A program made the position numbers and the translations under genes. Below are positions 41,451 through 50,157 of a stretch of 64,000 nucleotides of DNA, one piece after another; position 1 is the stretch's first letter, and each line of letters starts with the position of its first letter. The notes beneath the pieces were generated by a model, which saw only the letters and a list, made by a program, of their open reading frames with translations, was not told the origin of the DNA and did not search any database. Source of the stretch: Bacteroidota bacterium (lineage in GTDB: Bacteria; Bacteroidota; Bacteroidia; UKL13-3); NCBI GenBank assembly GCA_027482225.1, contig JAIXWD010000009.1:2484-66483 (forward strand). Direction: 5' to 3'.

Positions 41451-41802
41451 ATGAGTAAGCTGCCTTTTTTAGTAACCATAAACATATTGATAAGGATATT
41501 AGCCCTAGATGACGAACTGATAAATAGATAACTATTAGAGATATACTTAACCAATGATTTTGATTGTAAAGTGGTAAATAATGCCAAACAAGCTCTTGAA
41601 TTATTGAATCTGTAATATGGATAGCTTAACAAATTAATTCAATACCTAAATATGCTCACATGCCTGTTATTGCCTTAACGGCTTATTTAATGAGCTATAT
41701 AGGTAGAGATAATTTTGAAAATGCTTTTGATGCATAATTGAGAAACCGATTAATAAAATGCAGTTCGTATTTAAGTTGAATGAAATACTGAACACATTAT
41801 AA
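41451..41802 (+). pseudogene. Decayed response-regulator receiver (REC) domain remnant
   Basis: REC-like pieces are split over 3 frames by stops. They are MSKLPFLVTINILIRILALDDELINR*LLEIYLTNDFDCKVVNNAKQALELLNL*, MPVIALTAYLMSYIGRDNFENAFDA* (41660-41737) and EKPINKMQFVFKLNEILNTL* (41740-41802). The acidic-pocket/MDG segment is largely deleted. Confidence 0.6.
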
Positions 41803-41810
41803 ATAAAACA

Positions 41811-41846
41811 AAAAAACGATGATTATTTAATCATCGCTTTTTTTAT
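41811..41846. terminator. Bidirectional rho-independent terminator
   Basis: An 8-bp stem cgatgatt / aatcatcg with loop attt, flanked by A7 and T7. It lies just downstream of the AAA+ gene stop on the minus strand. Confidence 0.65.
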
Positions 41847-41860
41847 GGCAATTAATAAAG

Positions 41861-44485
41861 CTATTGCTTACTTATATTAAAACCAATAGAACGTTTTTCA
41901 GATGATGCATTGTAATCTATTTTAAACTCTTCCACATCTTCAAAGGTCAACTCCTGTATCATGTCAATGGTTCTTAGTTCAGTTTCAACTTTTGATAGTC
42001 TTAAATGTTGATTTTTAATAGCTTCTTCAACTAGTTTTCTAACACTGCGGGCATTACCAAAATATTGATTACGTGTTTTATATTGAAACTCGAAATAAGT
42101 CTTTAAATGTTCGTTAGCTTTTTCGTCTGGTTTAATGCTGTTGCTACTAAGCATACGAATAGCAATTTCATAAAGCTGTTCAGCGTTATAATCATCAAAA
42201 AATAAGGTCCTATCAAAGCGAGAACTTAAACCAGGATTTGATTCTAAGAAACGTTTCATATTATCCGTGTATCCTGCAACAATAACAACAAATTCACCGC
42301 GTTCATCTTCCATTCGTTTAAGAATCGTTTCTACAGCTTCTTTCCCAAAATCATTTTCACCGCCTTCACTTAACGCGTATGCTTCATCAACAAATAAAAC
42401 ACCGCCCATGGCTTTACTAATAACTTCGTTTGTTTTAAGTGCAGTTTGGCCAACATATCCGCCAACTAAATCTTGCCTATCACACTCAACTAAATTACCT
42501 CGTTCTAGTATACCTAGTGCTTTATATATTTGAGCTAATAAACGAGCAACAGTTGTTTTACCAGTTCCTGGATTACCTGTAAATACCGCATGTAAAGAAA
42601 AGCTTTGACGAATGTCTTTGCCAATTTCTTTATAGAAACGTACTAATTTTACTAATTCATCAATTTCTGTTTTAATTGCACCAAGACCAATCATGCTATG
42701 CAAAGTAGCCAATGCAGTGCGCAGTAACTCTTCATCAACTGGGATATCTGCAATACTGCGTGTTTTTGGAGCAAAAATTTTACCTATATCATCTGCATTT
42801 ATGGTTGATAAATCTTCTTTGTTTAGTGATGCTGGATTTTCGTTTAGCATTATACGTAATCCCATGTTCATCTTTGCATCATCAATAAGTTTATTTACAT
42901 AACGTGCGTTGCCAAATGTTTTATCTCTATCGCGATATGCATCTACCAACTTTTTGTACATTAAATCTCTTGCCTCTAAGTTTAAAACTACCGCTCTTTT
43001 TTGTGAGGTGTATTCAGTAATTTTCATCAGCTCCTGAGGGGTGTAATCAGGGAAATCGTAATACATACTAAAACGAGATTTTAGTCCTGGATTCGACTCC
43101 ATAAAACTGTTCATCTCATCAGGATATCCAGCTACTATTATTGCCAAATCGCCATCGCCATCGCTCATTTCTTTTAAAATTATTTCAATGGATTCTTTAC
43201 CGAAATCTTTTGAATCATCGTTTTTACGAGCAAGCGCATATGCCTCATCAATAAAAAGTATACCTCCTTTGGCTTTTTTAATAATTTCTTTCGTTTTTGG
43301 GGCAGTTTGACCAATGTATTCTGCAACTAAATCGCTTCGGTCTACCTCTACCACATGCCCTTTAGAAAGTAAGCCTAATTCTTGGTATATTTTACCAAGC
43401 ATTTTTGCAACGGTTGTTTTGCCCGTTCCAGGATTACCTGTAAACACGGCATGTAGGTTAATTTTCTCATTGTCTTCAAAACCTTTCTCTTTTCTTATTT
43501 TTATAAAGTTAAGATAGGTTGTATATTCTTTAACCTTCTTTTTTATACTATCTAAACCAATTAAAGCATCCAATTCATTAAGAACGTTACCTACTTTAGT
43601 ATCAGTTGGTGTTTTAACTTTTTCTGTTGCAGTTTTTATTTTATATTTAGGTTGAATAGAAGATAAAACTGGTGCATCATCATAAATAAATTCTTTACCC
43701 ACTTCAAAAGGAATACTAGCAATAATTTGATCCATGAACACCACATCAACAGAATACACATCATTACCCCAAGTTCCTTTTAAATCACTTCCCCAACCAA
43801 TACTGCATTCAAATAAACCATCTTTACCTCCAACCTCAATGAGTTTTTCTATCTTACCTTTAAGCTGACCACTGTGGGTTTTAAAATTGAAAAACATTTC
43901 GCATTGCCAAGCTGCATCGCTTATTGTTAAGTTTTCGCATGTAAGTTCAACCCATACATAACGTGTTTCTGCTTCGCTAAATGCACGTAAATATTTACGA
44001 TCCTTTTTTAAAATATTACTATCTGGGCCTTCGTATAACTTTATTTCTTTTAATGTAAAGTAAGGATTTACAGTATCTGTAACTATGCCTTGGTCTTCTA
44101 CATAAAATCTTGTTTCGGCTATAAGTAAATTGTTTATCCATGCTTCCCAGCGGTAAACTCCTTTTTTCCAATACACGCCTGGTGTTTTAACACCCCAACC
44201 TTCTCTCACAAATACGATGTTTTCGTCTTTTCGTATAGTTCTATCAGCAGTAAGATTACAAATTTCAATATTGTCGGTATGATGCATGCACTTTAAATTC
44301 ATGCAAACTTCCCAGTCTTTTTCGTCAAAAAGCTTATTAAAAAAAGACAATTCGCAGTATATAAAAGTGCATTCAGCTTCGTCATAAACTTGGCGATATT
44401 TCTTTTCGTTGTTGGCAAGCCACTCTGTAGAACCGAATATTTTCAGGTCTCTAAACTTGTAATTAATTGGGTTATCCTTCGCCAT
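41861..44485 (-). CDS. Tandem CbxX/CfxQ/SpoVK-type AAA+ ATPase with a duplicated unknown N-terminal module
   Basis: 874 aa with two AAA modules. Each has Walker A GNPGTGKTTVA(K/R) and Walker B (ILFIDEAYAL / VLFVDEAYAL), plus GYxxxMxxFxxSNPGLxSRF. The first roughly 290 aa are two related repeats of about 120 aa with no motif I can name. Confidence 0.85.
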   Translation of the reverse strand: MAKDNPINYKFRDLKIFGSTEWLANNEKKYRQVYDEAECTFIYCELSFFNKLFDEKDWEVCMNLKCMHHTDNIEICNLTADRTIRKDENIVFVREGWGVKTPGVYWKKGVYRWEAWINNLLIAETRFYVEDQGIVTDTVNPYFTLKEIKLYEGPDSNILKKDRKYLRAFSEAETRYVWVELTCENLTISDAAWQCEMFFNFKTHSGQLKGKIEKLIEVGGKDGLFECSIGWGSDLKGTWGNDVYSVDVVFMDQIIASIPFEVGKEFIYDDAPVLSSIQPKYKIKTATEKVKTPTDTKVGNVLNELDALIGLDSIKKKVKEYTTYLNFIKIRKEKGFEDNEKINLHAVFTGNPGTGKTTVAKMLGKIYQELGLLSKGHVVEVDRSDLVAEYIGQTAPKTKEIIKKAKGGILFIDEAYALARKNDDSKDFGKESIEIILKEMSDGDGDLAIIVAGYPDEMNSFMESNPGLKSRFSMYYDFPDYTPQELMKITEYTSQKRAVVLNLEARDLMYKKLVDAYRDRDKTFGNARYVNKLIDDAKMNMGLRIMLNENPASLNKEDLSTINADDIGKIFAPKTRSIADIPVDEELLRTALATLHSMIGLGAIKTEIDELVKLVRFYKEIGKDIRQSFSLHAVFTGNPGTGKTTVARLLAQIYKALGILERGNLVECDRQDLVGGYVGQTALKTNEVISKAMGGVLFVDEAYALSEGGENDFGKEAVETILKRMEDERGEFVVIVAGYTDNMKRFLESNPGLSSRFDRTLFFDDYNAEQLYEIAIRMLSSNSIKPDEKANEHLKTYFEFQYKTRNQYFGNARSVRKLVEEAIKNQHLRLSKVETELRTIDMIQELTFEDVEEFKIDYNASSEKRSIGFNISKQ

Positions 44486-44509
44486 AATGGTATAGTTTAA
44501 TGTAGTAAC

Positions 44510-44537
44510 TTATCACCTTGGCAATTTATCACCTTGG
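44510..44537. repeat. Direct repeat ttatcaccttgg x2 (16-bp period) 25-52 bp upstream of the AAA+ start codon
   Basis: Read directly: the copies are at 44510-44521 and 44526-44537 and are identical. Any operator role is inferred. Confidence 0.8.
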
Positions 44538-44743
44538 TGCATTAGTCATGTTTTCAATTTTTTGAGGCTTTTCGAGTACTAACTTTGTACAATAGATTAA
44601 ATAAAACAAGTAATAAGTTGTATGATAATTATAAACATCAAATAATCAAAACAATATATTTAATACAAAAATGGCATTTTAAGTAAGAAGTACAATAAAT
44701 GATGTTTTTTGAGAAAAGATTTGTTTGTTATAGGTCAGTTCCA

Positions 44744-44751
44744 TACTTTTG
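44744..44751 (+). promoter_or_regulatory. Candidate Bacteroidota -7 promoter box (TAnnTTTG) for the tRNA pair
   Basis: TACTTTTG has a TTTG about 20 nt upstream (44720-44723) and sits about 29 nt before tRNA-Ser. Confidence 0.35.
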
Positions 44752-44779
44752 CCCCTCCTAGAATTATTTTAGGAGGCCC

Positions 44780-44868
44780 GGAGAGATGGGTGAGTGGCTG
44801 AAACCACCGGTTTGCTAAACCGACATACGATGTAAGTCGTATCGAGGGTTCGAATCCCTCTCTCTCCG
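44780..44868 (+). tRNA. tRNA-Ser (anticodon GCU)
   Basis: Cloverleaf read by eye: acceptor GGAGAGA/TCTCTCC, anticodon loop TTGCTAA, a long variable arm (atacga tgtaag tcgtat), T-arm GAGGG TTCGAAT CCCTC. No encoded CCA. Confidence 0.9.
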
Positions 44869-44971
44869 CAAGCTAGTCCAAATTAAGTTAGCATAATATT
44901 TGGAAAACCACTGCAAAAGAATACTTTTGCACCGCGTTTAAGTCACTGAAAACAAAGCCTTAAACGTTTTT

Positions 44972-45045
44972 CGGGGTGTAGCGTAGCCCGGTATCGCGCC
45001 ACATTTGGGATGTGGAGGTCGTAGGTTCGAATCCTGCCACCCCGA
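44972..45045 (+). tRNA. tRNA-Pro (anticodon UGG)
   Basis: Acceptor CGGGGTG/CACCCCG, anticodon stem-loop CCACA TTTGGGA TGTGG, T-arm GTAGG TTCGAAT CCTGC. No encoded CCA. Confidence 0.9.
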
Positions 45046-45048
45046 CTA

Positions 45049-45082
45049 AAAAAGCCTGACTCTTTTGAGCCAGGCTTTTTTA
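45049..45082. terminator. Bidirectional terminator after tRNA-Pro and the convergent minus-strand operon
   Basis: Stem gcctgactc / gagccaggc (8 of 9 pairs) with loop tttt, flanked by A6 and T6. Confidence 0.6.
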
Positions 45083-45145
45083 TTATATTAAATCTATGAT
45101 TTTTTTGAATAGCAGTGTAATTTCCGTTTGCTTTTACTTATAGAG

Positions 45146-45874
45146 TTAAAATGGTACTCCCAATACCCAAGTTAAATTAAAGCTTAAAGGATTTACTGAC
45201 ACAGGTGTTCGCCATGCTGATTCATCAAAACCTGCTGGCATATTTAGGTACATACCAATAGCAAATTCGCTAGATAGCGCCCCAGTGTAAGTTGCCCCAA
45301 ATTTTACGCCAAGCCTGTTTATTGAATAATCTCTTGCTGAATAGTCTTGCGGTGATGTAAAATCATTACTTATTGGATTAGGTTTTACAATATACTCATA
45401 TTGAACATCACTTAATTCCTCTTTAAATTTTGTATGTTGGTAATTAAATCCAATAAAAAGGCTATTGGCACCATCTTCGTCAAATTCGTTAAAGAAATAT
45501 TTTGTTTCATAACCCAACGTGTATCCTGATGTGGTGTAAAAACCTCTATAAAATAATTGGTTGGGTATTTTTTCTGGCGTATAATCAGTTTGAAATGAGG
45601 ATTCTTCGTTAAATTCATATTGGTCTGACCCAAATATGTAGTTGTAAGTTCCGCTTACAGAAAGCCTGCTGCCAATTAATCTTTCGTAACCAAGTATATA
45701 GCTAAATCGGCTACTGCTATTTACGAATTCATCGGTATAATACAAACCAAGGTAATTTTCTGCACTAGTCCATGTATCGTAACCAAAGCCAAATAATTTT
45801 ATATTATTTCTTTTCTGCCCAAATGTAACAAGTGCAGTTATAGAGAAAAGGATGAATACTAGAATTTTTTTCAT
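45146..45874 (-). CDS. Small putative outer-membrane beta-barrel protein
   Basis: 242 aa with signal peptide MKKILVFILFSITALVTFGQ. It is Tyr/Gly/Phe-rich with alternating strands and has a C-terminal ...WVLGVPF. Its start overlaps the upstream gene stop (ATGA). Confidence 0.5.
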   Translation of the reverse strand: MKKILVFILFSITALVTFGQKRNNIKLFGFGYDTWTSAENYLGLYYTDEFVNSSSRFSYILGYERLIGSRLSVSGTYNYIFGSDQYEFNEESSFQTDYTPEKIPNQLFYRGFYTTSGYTLGYETKYFFNEFDEDGANSLFIGFNYQHTKFKEELSDVQYEYIVKPNPISNDFTSPQDYSARDYSINRLGVKFGATYTGALSSEFAIGMYLNMPAGFDESAWRTPVSVNPLSFNLTWVLGVPF

Positions 45875-47388
45875 TGCTTAGGTTGTAATTTAATATTTAG
45901 TTTCTCCATAATAGTGTTTGAAGGAACACAAAATCCAATACCTTCAATACCATCACCAACCAATTTCATGGTTACCATTCCAATAACTTCACCATTTTCA
46001 TTTAGTAATGGGCCACCACTGTTTCCGCTATTTATTGTTACATCAGTTTGAAGGTAAATTTTTTCACCTATCTTTCTTTTACCACTAATAATTCCTTTTG
46101 TAACAGATTGCCCTAGCGAAATGTCGCTTGGTGTTCCAATGGCAAAAACATCCTCGCCTGTTTGAGCAGAGTCTGAATTGATTAGTGCTAGACCTCTGAA
46201 ATTTTGACCGCTTACCTTTAACAAGGCCACATCATAAACCTCATCTCCTCGAACCAATTCTGCAGTTAATGTAATCGATTCGTTTAGCTGAACATCAACT
46301 TGTTTTTTATCTTTTATTACATGATAGTTTGTTATTAAGTAACCATCATTTGAAATGAAAAAACCACTGCCGTGTCCTTCATCATGTTTAATCGTTACAA
46401 CACCCTTCATTAAATAACCTATTAAATCTTTATTTTTACTAAAAGTTGGTGTTTTATTGGGTTCAATTTTTATTTCATTAAAAAGATTTACTTGATCTTT
46501 GTTGGATTTAGATTCCGTTATAAATAAATTGTAATTGGTATCATTTTCAATAATATTTGAAAGGGCTTCACTTAATCCTCTTGCAAGTAATGTTTTGGTA
46601 TCAACTCGATCACTTTTTTTAGTAATCGATTGTTGTACTTCTTTTATTACTTTACCAGAGCGTTTTGAGAAGCTCCAAGTCACAGATGCATTTATAGTTG
46701 TTTGGTAAACGCCTTTTTCTTTAAAAAAGTTGGTTCTAAGTTCGTTTACAATTGGTTTAATTAAAATGCTGTTGGCATTAACCAGTAGCGTATTTTCATT
46801 TGATAAGTCATCATTACAATTTATAATTTTATATCTATTATAATTTTGACCCTCGCACGTTAAAGATTTGTACAAATAAGATGCATAAGATGATTTTTTA
46901 AAATACACAGCATCATTCATGCTTTTTCCTATTTTAGCACCATCTGCTATTTTCCAGTCGGTTTCTTCAAAAACAAAACTTACACGTTCAACATCTTTAT
47001 CATAAATTCTTTTTAGGTGAACAGAAAAAGTATCTTGATTATATTTATAAATATTACCTGTTGGATAATCTATCAAGCAAGGAATACAAAGAAGCATTGC
47101 ATCTAAAAAAGCAAAACCAGCTTTCTCTTTTTTCTCAATTGTTATTTTTTGCGATTCGTATTGATCTTTTTCTATTGTTAAGGTTTGTATACCTGTGTTT
47201 TTGTTTGGATTATATAGTAAAGGTGTTGTGCCAATAAGTTGATTTTTACTATTAAAAACTTTTGCATTAAGGGTGTTACTTGTAATAAATATTCCTTTTG
47301 TTTTTTGTCTCCTCACATCAAGCAGAGTTGCGCAACTTGATAGCAGGAGCATAATCAGCGAGAAAGCAACAATATTATATTTTATCAT
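45871..47388 (-). CDS. Lipoprotein: PEGA-like domain + unknown middle + trypsin-fold (S1) serine protease, no PDZ
   Basis: The start is set to the ATG at 47388 (MIKYNIVAFSLIMLLLSSC lipobox); the ORF track uses a GTG at 47421. It has a PEGA-like NAKVFNSKNQLIGTTPLLYN segment. The catalytic triad context is ITNYHVI (His), DVALLKV (Asp) and GNSGGPLL (Ser). Confidence 0.8.
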   Translation of the reverse strand: MIKYNIVAFSLIMLLLSSCATLLDVRRQKTKGIFITSNTLNAKVFNSKNQLIGTTPLLYNPNKNTGIQTLTIEKDQYESQKITIEKKEKAGFAFLDAMLLCIPCLIDYPTGNIYKYNQDTFSVHLKRIYDKDVERVSFVFEETDWKIADGAKIGKSMNDAVYFKKSSYASYLYKSLTCEGQNYNRYKIINCNDDLSNENTLLVNANSILIKPIVNELRTNFFKEKGVYQTTINASVTWSFSKRSGKVIKEVQQSITKKSDRVDTKTLLARGLSEALSNIIENDTNYNLFITESKSNKDQVNLFNEIKIEPNKTPTFSKNKDLIGYLMKGVVTIKHDEGHGSGFFISNDGYLITNYHVIKDKKQVDVQLNESITLTAELVRGDEVYDVALLKVSGQNFRGLALINSDSAQTGEDVFAIGTPSDISLGQSVTKGIISGKRKIGEKIYLQTDVTINSGNSGGPLLNENGEVIGMVTMKLVGDGIEGIGFCVPSNTIMEKLNIKLQPKQ

Positions 47389-47429
47389 TTTATCTTTTTG
47401 AAACTTAACCTTTACTAACACATTTAAAA

Positions 47430-48962
47430 TTATTTAACTGTGATTACACCAAACCGATTTGTTTTACCCTTTTCAGCATAAATAAGGGTTTGCTTATCGT
47501 TTAGCTTCTGGTTAAATTTAGGAACAAACACTGCTTTACCTTCTGTTTTTGATTTGAAGAAAATCTCTGATGAGAATTCACCAGTTTTTTGATTAACCGT
47601 TGATAATGCCACTACTAATTTTTTAGGATTACGGGTTGATGCAAAGTAGGTTCCTCTTTTCTCTGGTTTTGTTTTAGGTGAAAGGTTTTTAGGATTGTCG
47701 TTAAACATCATGTAAAGGTTATTTTCATCGTTTATAAAAACGTATGATGAGTAATAGCCACCATCATTTTGACTAATTTGTTTCTTTGGTATTTTTTGTA
47801 CCCAATTTATGTCAGCATCTTTTGATAAACTTACCACCATAATATCATTGTAATAATAGGTGTAAGTAGTGCTTGTAGCACCAGTTCTTGAGTCGCGATA
47901 TGTTGTAATTACCAATTCATACGCTTCTCCAATAATAAAAAATTCGCCATTTTCTTTAACTAAAATTTGTCTAACATCAAAGTTTGCTGTAATCCCTTTA
48001 CCTTTTTTAGCTGCTCTTTCGGATGTAAACAGGAGCAAATCTTTTTTAGAAAAAGGGATTGTTTTTTCTACTTCTGTGTTTAAAGTTTTGGTATTTATTT
48101 TTGTGATAAATACGCCTTGAATTCCACCTTTTTGATCGTAGTAAAAACCTGTAAATTGAAGTACACCTTTTGTATATACAAAATTTAAATCGGATATGCG
48201 GTAAGCCTTGCCAAACTCAACCTTCACTTCTTCTAATTTATTTGTGGCAGGGTAGTATGCAAAAATAACTTTCTTGTTTAGGTCTTTACTAACGGGTATG
48301 TTACCATATAAGTACACATTTCCAAATTCATCAATTTGATAACCTACAATACTAAATTTCTTGTCTTTATATGGAAGCTCAATAGCTTTCTCCCACTTCA
48401 ATTTAAAGTCATAATCATATAGTTTATAGTTTACTTCTTCGTTACCTTTTTTACTGTAACCTTCGTTGTGAGTAATTAAAAAGTTTTCTGAGTTAGGTAG
48501 ATGATGAATATCAAATCCGCCTTTATCTTTTTTTCCTTTATATGAAATTTCATCAACCAGTTTTTCTGATCCTATATTTCCAGTTTGGTCAATGATGGTT
48601 AGGTATAATTTATTAACATCCGCTTTTTTATCGTTTTGAGAGTTAAAAATAAAAATTTTATCTTTTACTTTATACATTCCTTCTCTAGAAATGTCTTTCT
48701 TGTTTATCTCATTAGGCACTTCTATTGTAAATTCAACCTCATGGTCTAGATTATGTCTTGCAATCCATGTTTTAGATTTTCCAAATAATCCAGTGATGTT
48801 ATATTTAGTAATGAGGTATCCATTTGGGTCGCTACCTAAAACACTGCCAATTCTGAGTAGCTTATCTGATTTGGTTTCTTTTCCCCATTTTACTTCAAGA
48901 TTTTGAGCTAATGTTATTGTGCTGGTTAGAAGGAGGATAATTAAAATTCGTCCAGTTTTCAT
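47430..48962 (-). CDS. Secreted protein of unknown function (beta-rich)
   Basis: The start is set to the ATG at 48962 (MKTGRILIILLLTSTITLAQ signal peptide); the ORF track uses a TTG at 48980. It has about 510 aa. No family motif recognised. Confidence 0.55.
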   Translation of the reverse strand: MKTGRILIILLLTSTITLAQNLEVKWGKETKSDKLLRIGSVLGSDPNGYLITKYNITGLFGKSKTWIARHNLDHEVEFTIEVPNEINKKDISREGMYKVKDKIFIFNSQNDKKADVNKLYLTIIDQTGNIGSEKLVDEISYKGKKDKGGFDIHHLPNSENFLITHNEGYSKKGNEEVNYKLYDYDFKLKWEKAIELPYKDKKFSIVGYQIDEFGNVYLYGNIPVSKDLNKKVIFAYYPATNKLEEVKVEFGKAYRISDLNFVYTKGVLQFTGFYYDQKGGIQGVFITKINTKTLNTEVEKTIPFSKKDLLLFTSERAAKKGKGITANFDVRQILVKENGEFFIIGEAYELVITTYRDSRTGATSTTYTYYYNDIMVVSLSKDADINWVQKIPKKQISQNDGGYYSSYVFINDENNLYMMFNDNPKNLSPKTKPEKRGTYFASTRNPKKLVVALSTVNQKTGEFSSEIFFKSKTEGKAVFVPKFNQKLNDKQTLIYAEKGKTNRFGVITVK

Positions 48963-49151
48963 GTTGTTTTTTTTTGACAATTATATGAAATTTTATTTTA
49001 AAATGATACCCAAATGCTTAATTAAATCAATAATTTAACATGATGTGTATTGAGTGGTTTAACAAAATGATTGTACCCGTCATAATTTTATATGTAATAA
49101 ACCGAATTGAGCAATAAATACTTCAGTTTAATTTATGGGTTTAAAGTATTA

Positions 49152-50084
49152 TTACTTCAAGTTTTCTAACATGTCTTTAGTCATGCCTGCTAAATCGTAT
49201 TGTGGTTTCCAGCCCCAATCTGCTTTAGCTTGCGTATCATCAATACTTTGTGGCCAACTATTCGCAATTGCTTGACGGAAATCTGGATTGTAACTTATGG
49301 TAAAATCAGGTATGTATTTTCTAATTTCAGCAGCAATTTCTTCTGGGTTAAAACTCATTCCCGCTACATTATAGCTGCTTCTAATTTTAACTTGTTCGGC
49401 AGGAGCTTCCATTAATGTTATCGTTGCTTTTAATGCATCAGGCATATACATCATTGGTAATTCTGTATCTGCACTCAAAAAGCACTCATATTTTTTATTT
49501 TTCAATGCTTCATGATAAATGTGTACCGCATAATCTGTTGTACCACCACCTGGTGCACTTTTATATCCAATTAATCCAGGGTAGCGTATACTTCTTACGT
49601 CAACACCATATTTTTGGTTGTAATATTCGCAGTAGCGTTCGCCTGCTTGTTTGCTAATACCGTATATGGTATTTGGTTCCATAACGGTATATTGAGGGGT
49701 ATTTTTCCTTGGTGTTGTAGGTCCAAATACCGCAATAGAACTTGGCCAATATACTTTTTTAAGTATACCTTCTTTGGCTGCATTAAGAACATTAAATAAA
49801 CCTTCCATGTTTAAATCCCACGCAAAACGTGGATTCTTTTCGGCAGTAGCCGATAACAATGCAGCTAGTAAATATACTTGAGTAATGTTATGCTTTTTAA
49901 AAATTTCATCCAACCTGTTTTTATCCATTACGTCTATAGTTTCAAATGGTCCGTTACTTTGTTCAGGCGCTTTTAAATCGCTTGCAATAACGTTATCGTT
50001 ACCATAAATAGCACGTAATTCTTGTGTTAGTTCCAAACCAATTTGCCCTTGCGAGCCTACAATTAAAATCTTATCGGTTGCCAT
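49152..50084 (-). CDS. NAD-dependent epimerase/dehydratase-fold protein, L-threonine 3-dehydrogenase-like
   Basis: 310 aa with a GSQGQIG Rossmann motif, YGISK (YxxxK) and overall resemblance to GalE-type TDH (NVIASD, LLAALLSATAEKNP). Confidence 0.7.
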   Translation of the reverse strand: MATDKILIVGSQGQIGLELTQELRAIYGNDNVIASDLKAPEQSNGPFETIDVMDKNRLDEIFKKHNITQVYLLAALLSATAEKNPRFAWDLNMEGLFNVLNAAKEGILKKVYWPSSIAVFGPTTPRKNTPQYTVMEPNTIYGISKQAGERYCEYYNQKYGVDVRSIRYPGLIGYKSAPGGGTTDYAVHIYHEALKNKKYECFLSADTELPMMYMPDALKATITLMEAPAEQVKIRSSYNVAGMSFNPEEIAAEIRKYIPDFTISYNPDFRQAIANSWPQSIDDTQAKADWGWKPQYDLAGMTKDMLENLK

Positions 50085-50157
50085 GTTTTGTTGTTTATCA
50101 TTTTTAAAAGTATGCGCAAATTAAAGGCTAAAACATCAACAACAAAAAGAAAAAAAC

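Noticed and set aside
41411-41632. 73-aa minus-strand ORF in the ALDH/AAA+ intergenic region
   Set aside because: The plus strand shows the receiver-domain fossil. The minus-strand ORF has no motif and overlaps the ALDH stop.
45871-48980. The two adjacent ORFs are both listed as exactly 516 aa, suggesting duplication
   Set aside because: The sequences share no visible similarity. The equal lengths come from non-ATG upstream starts (GTG/TTG) in the track and disappear once the signal-peptide ATG starts are used.
44486-49151. Genomic island integrated at tRNA-Pro
   Set aside because: There is no integrase, recombinase or transposase, and I saw no direct repeat of the tRNA 3' end. I kept only the weaker positional observation.
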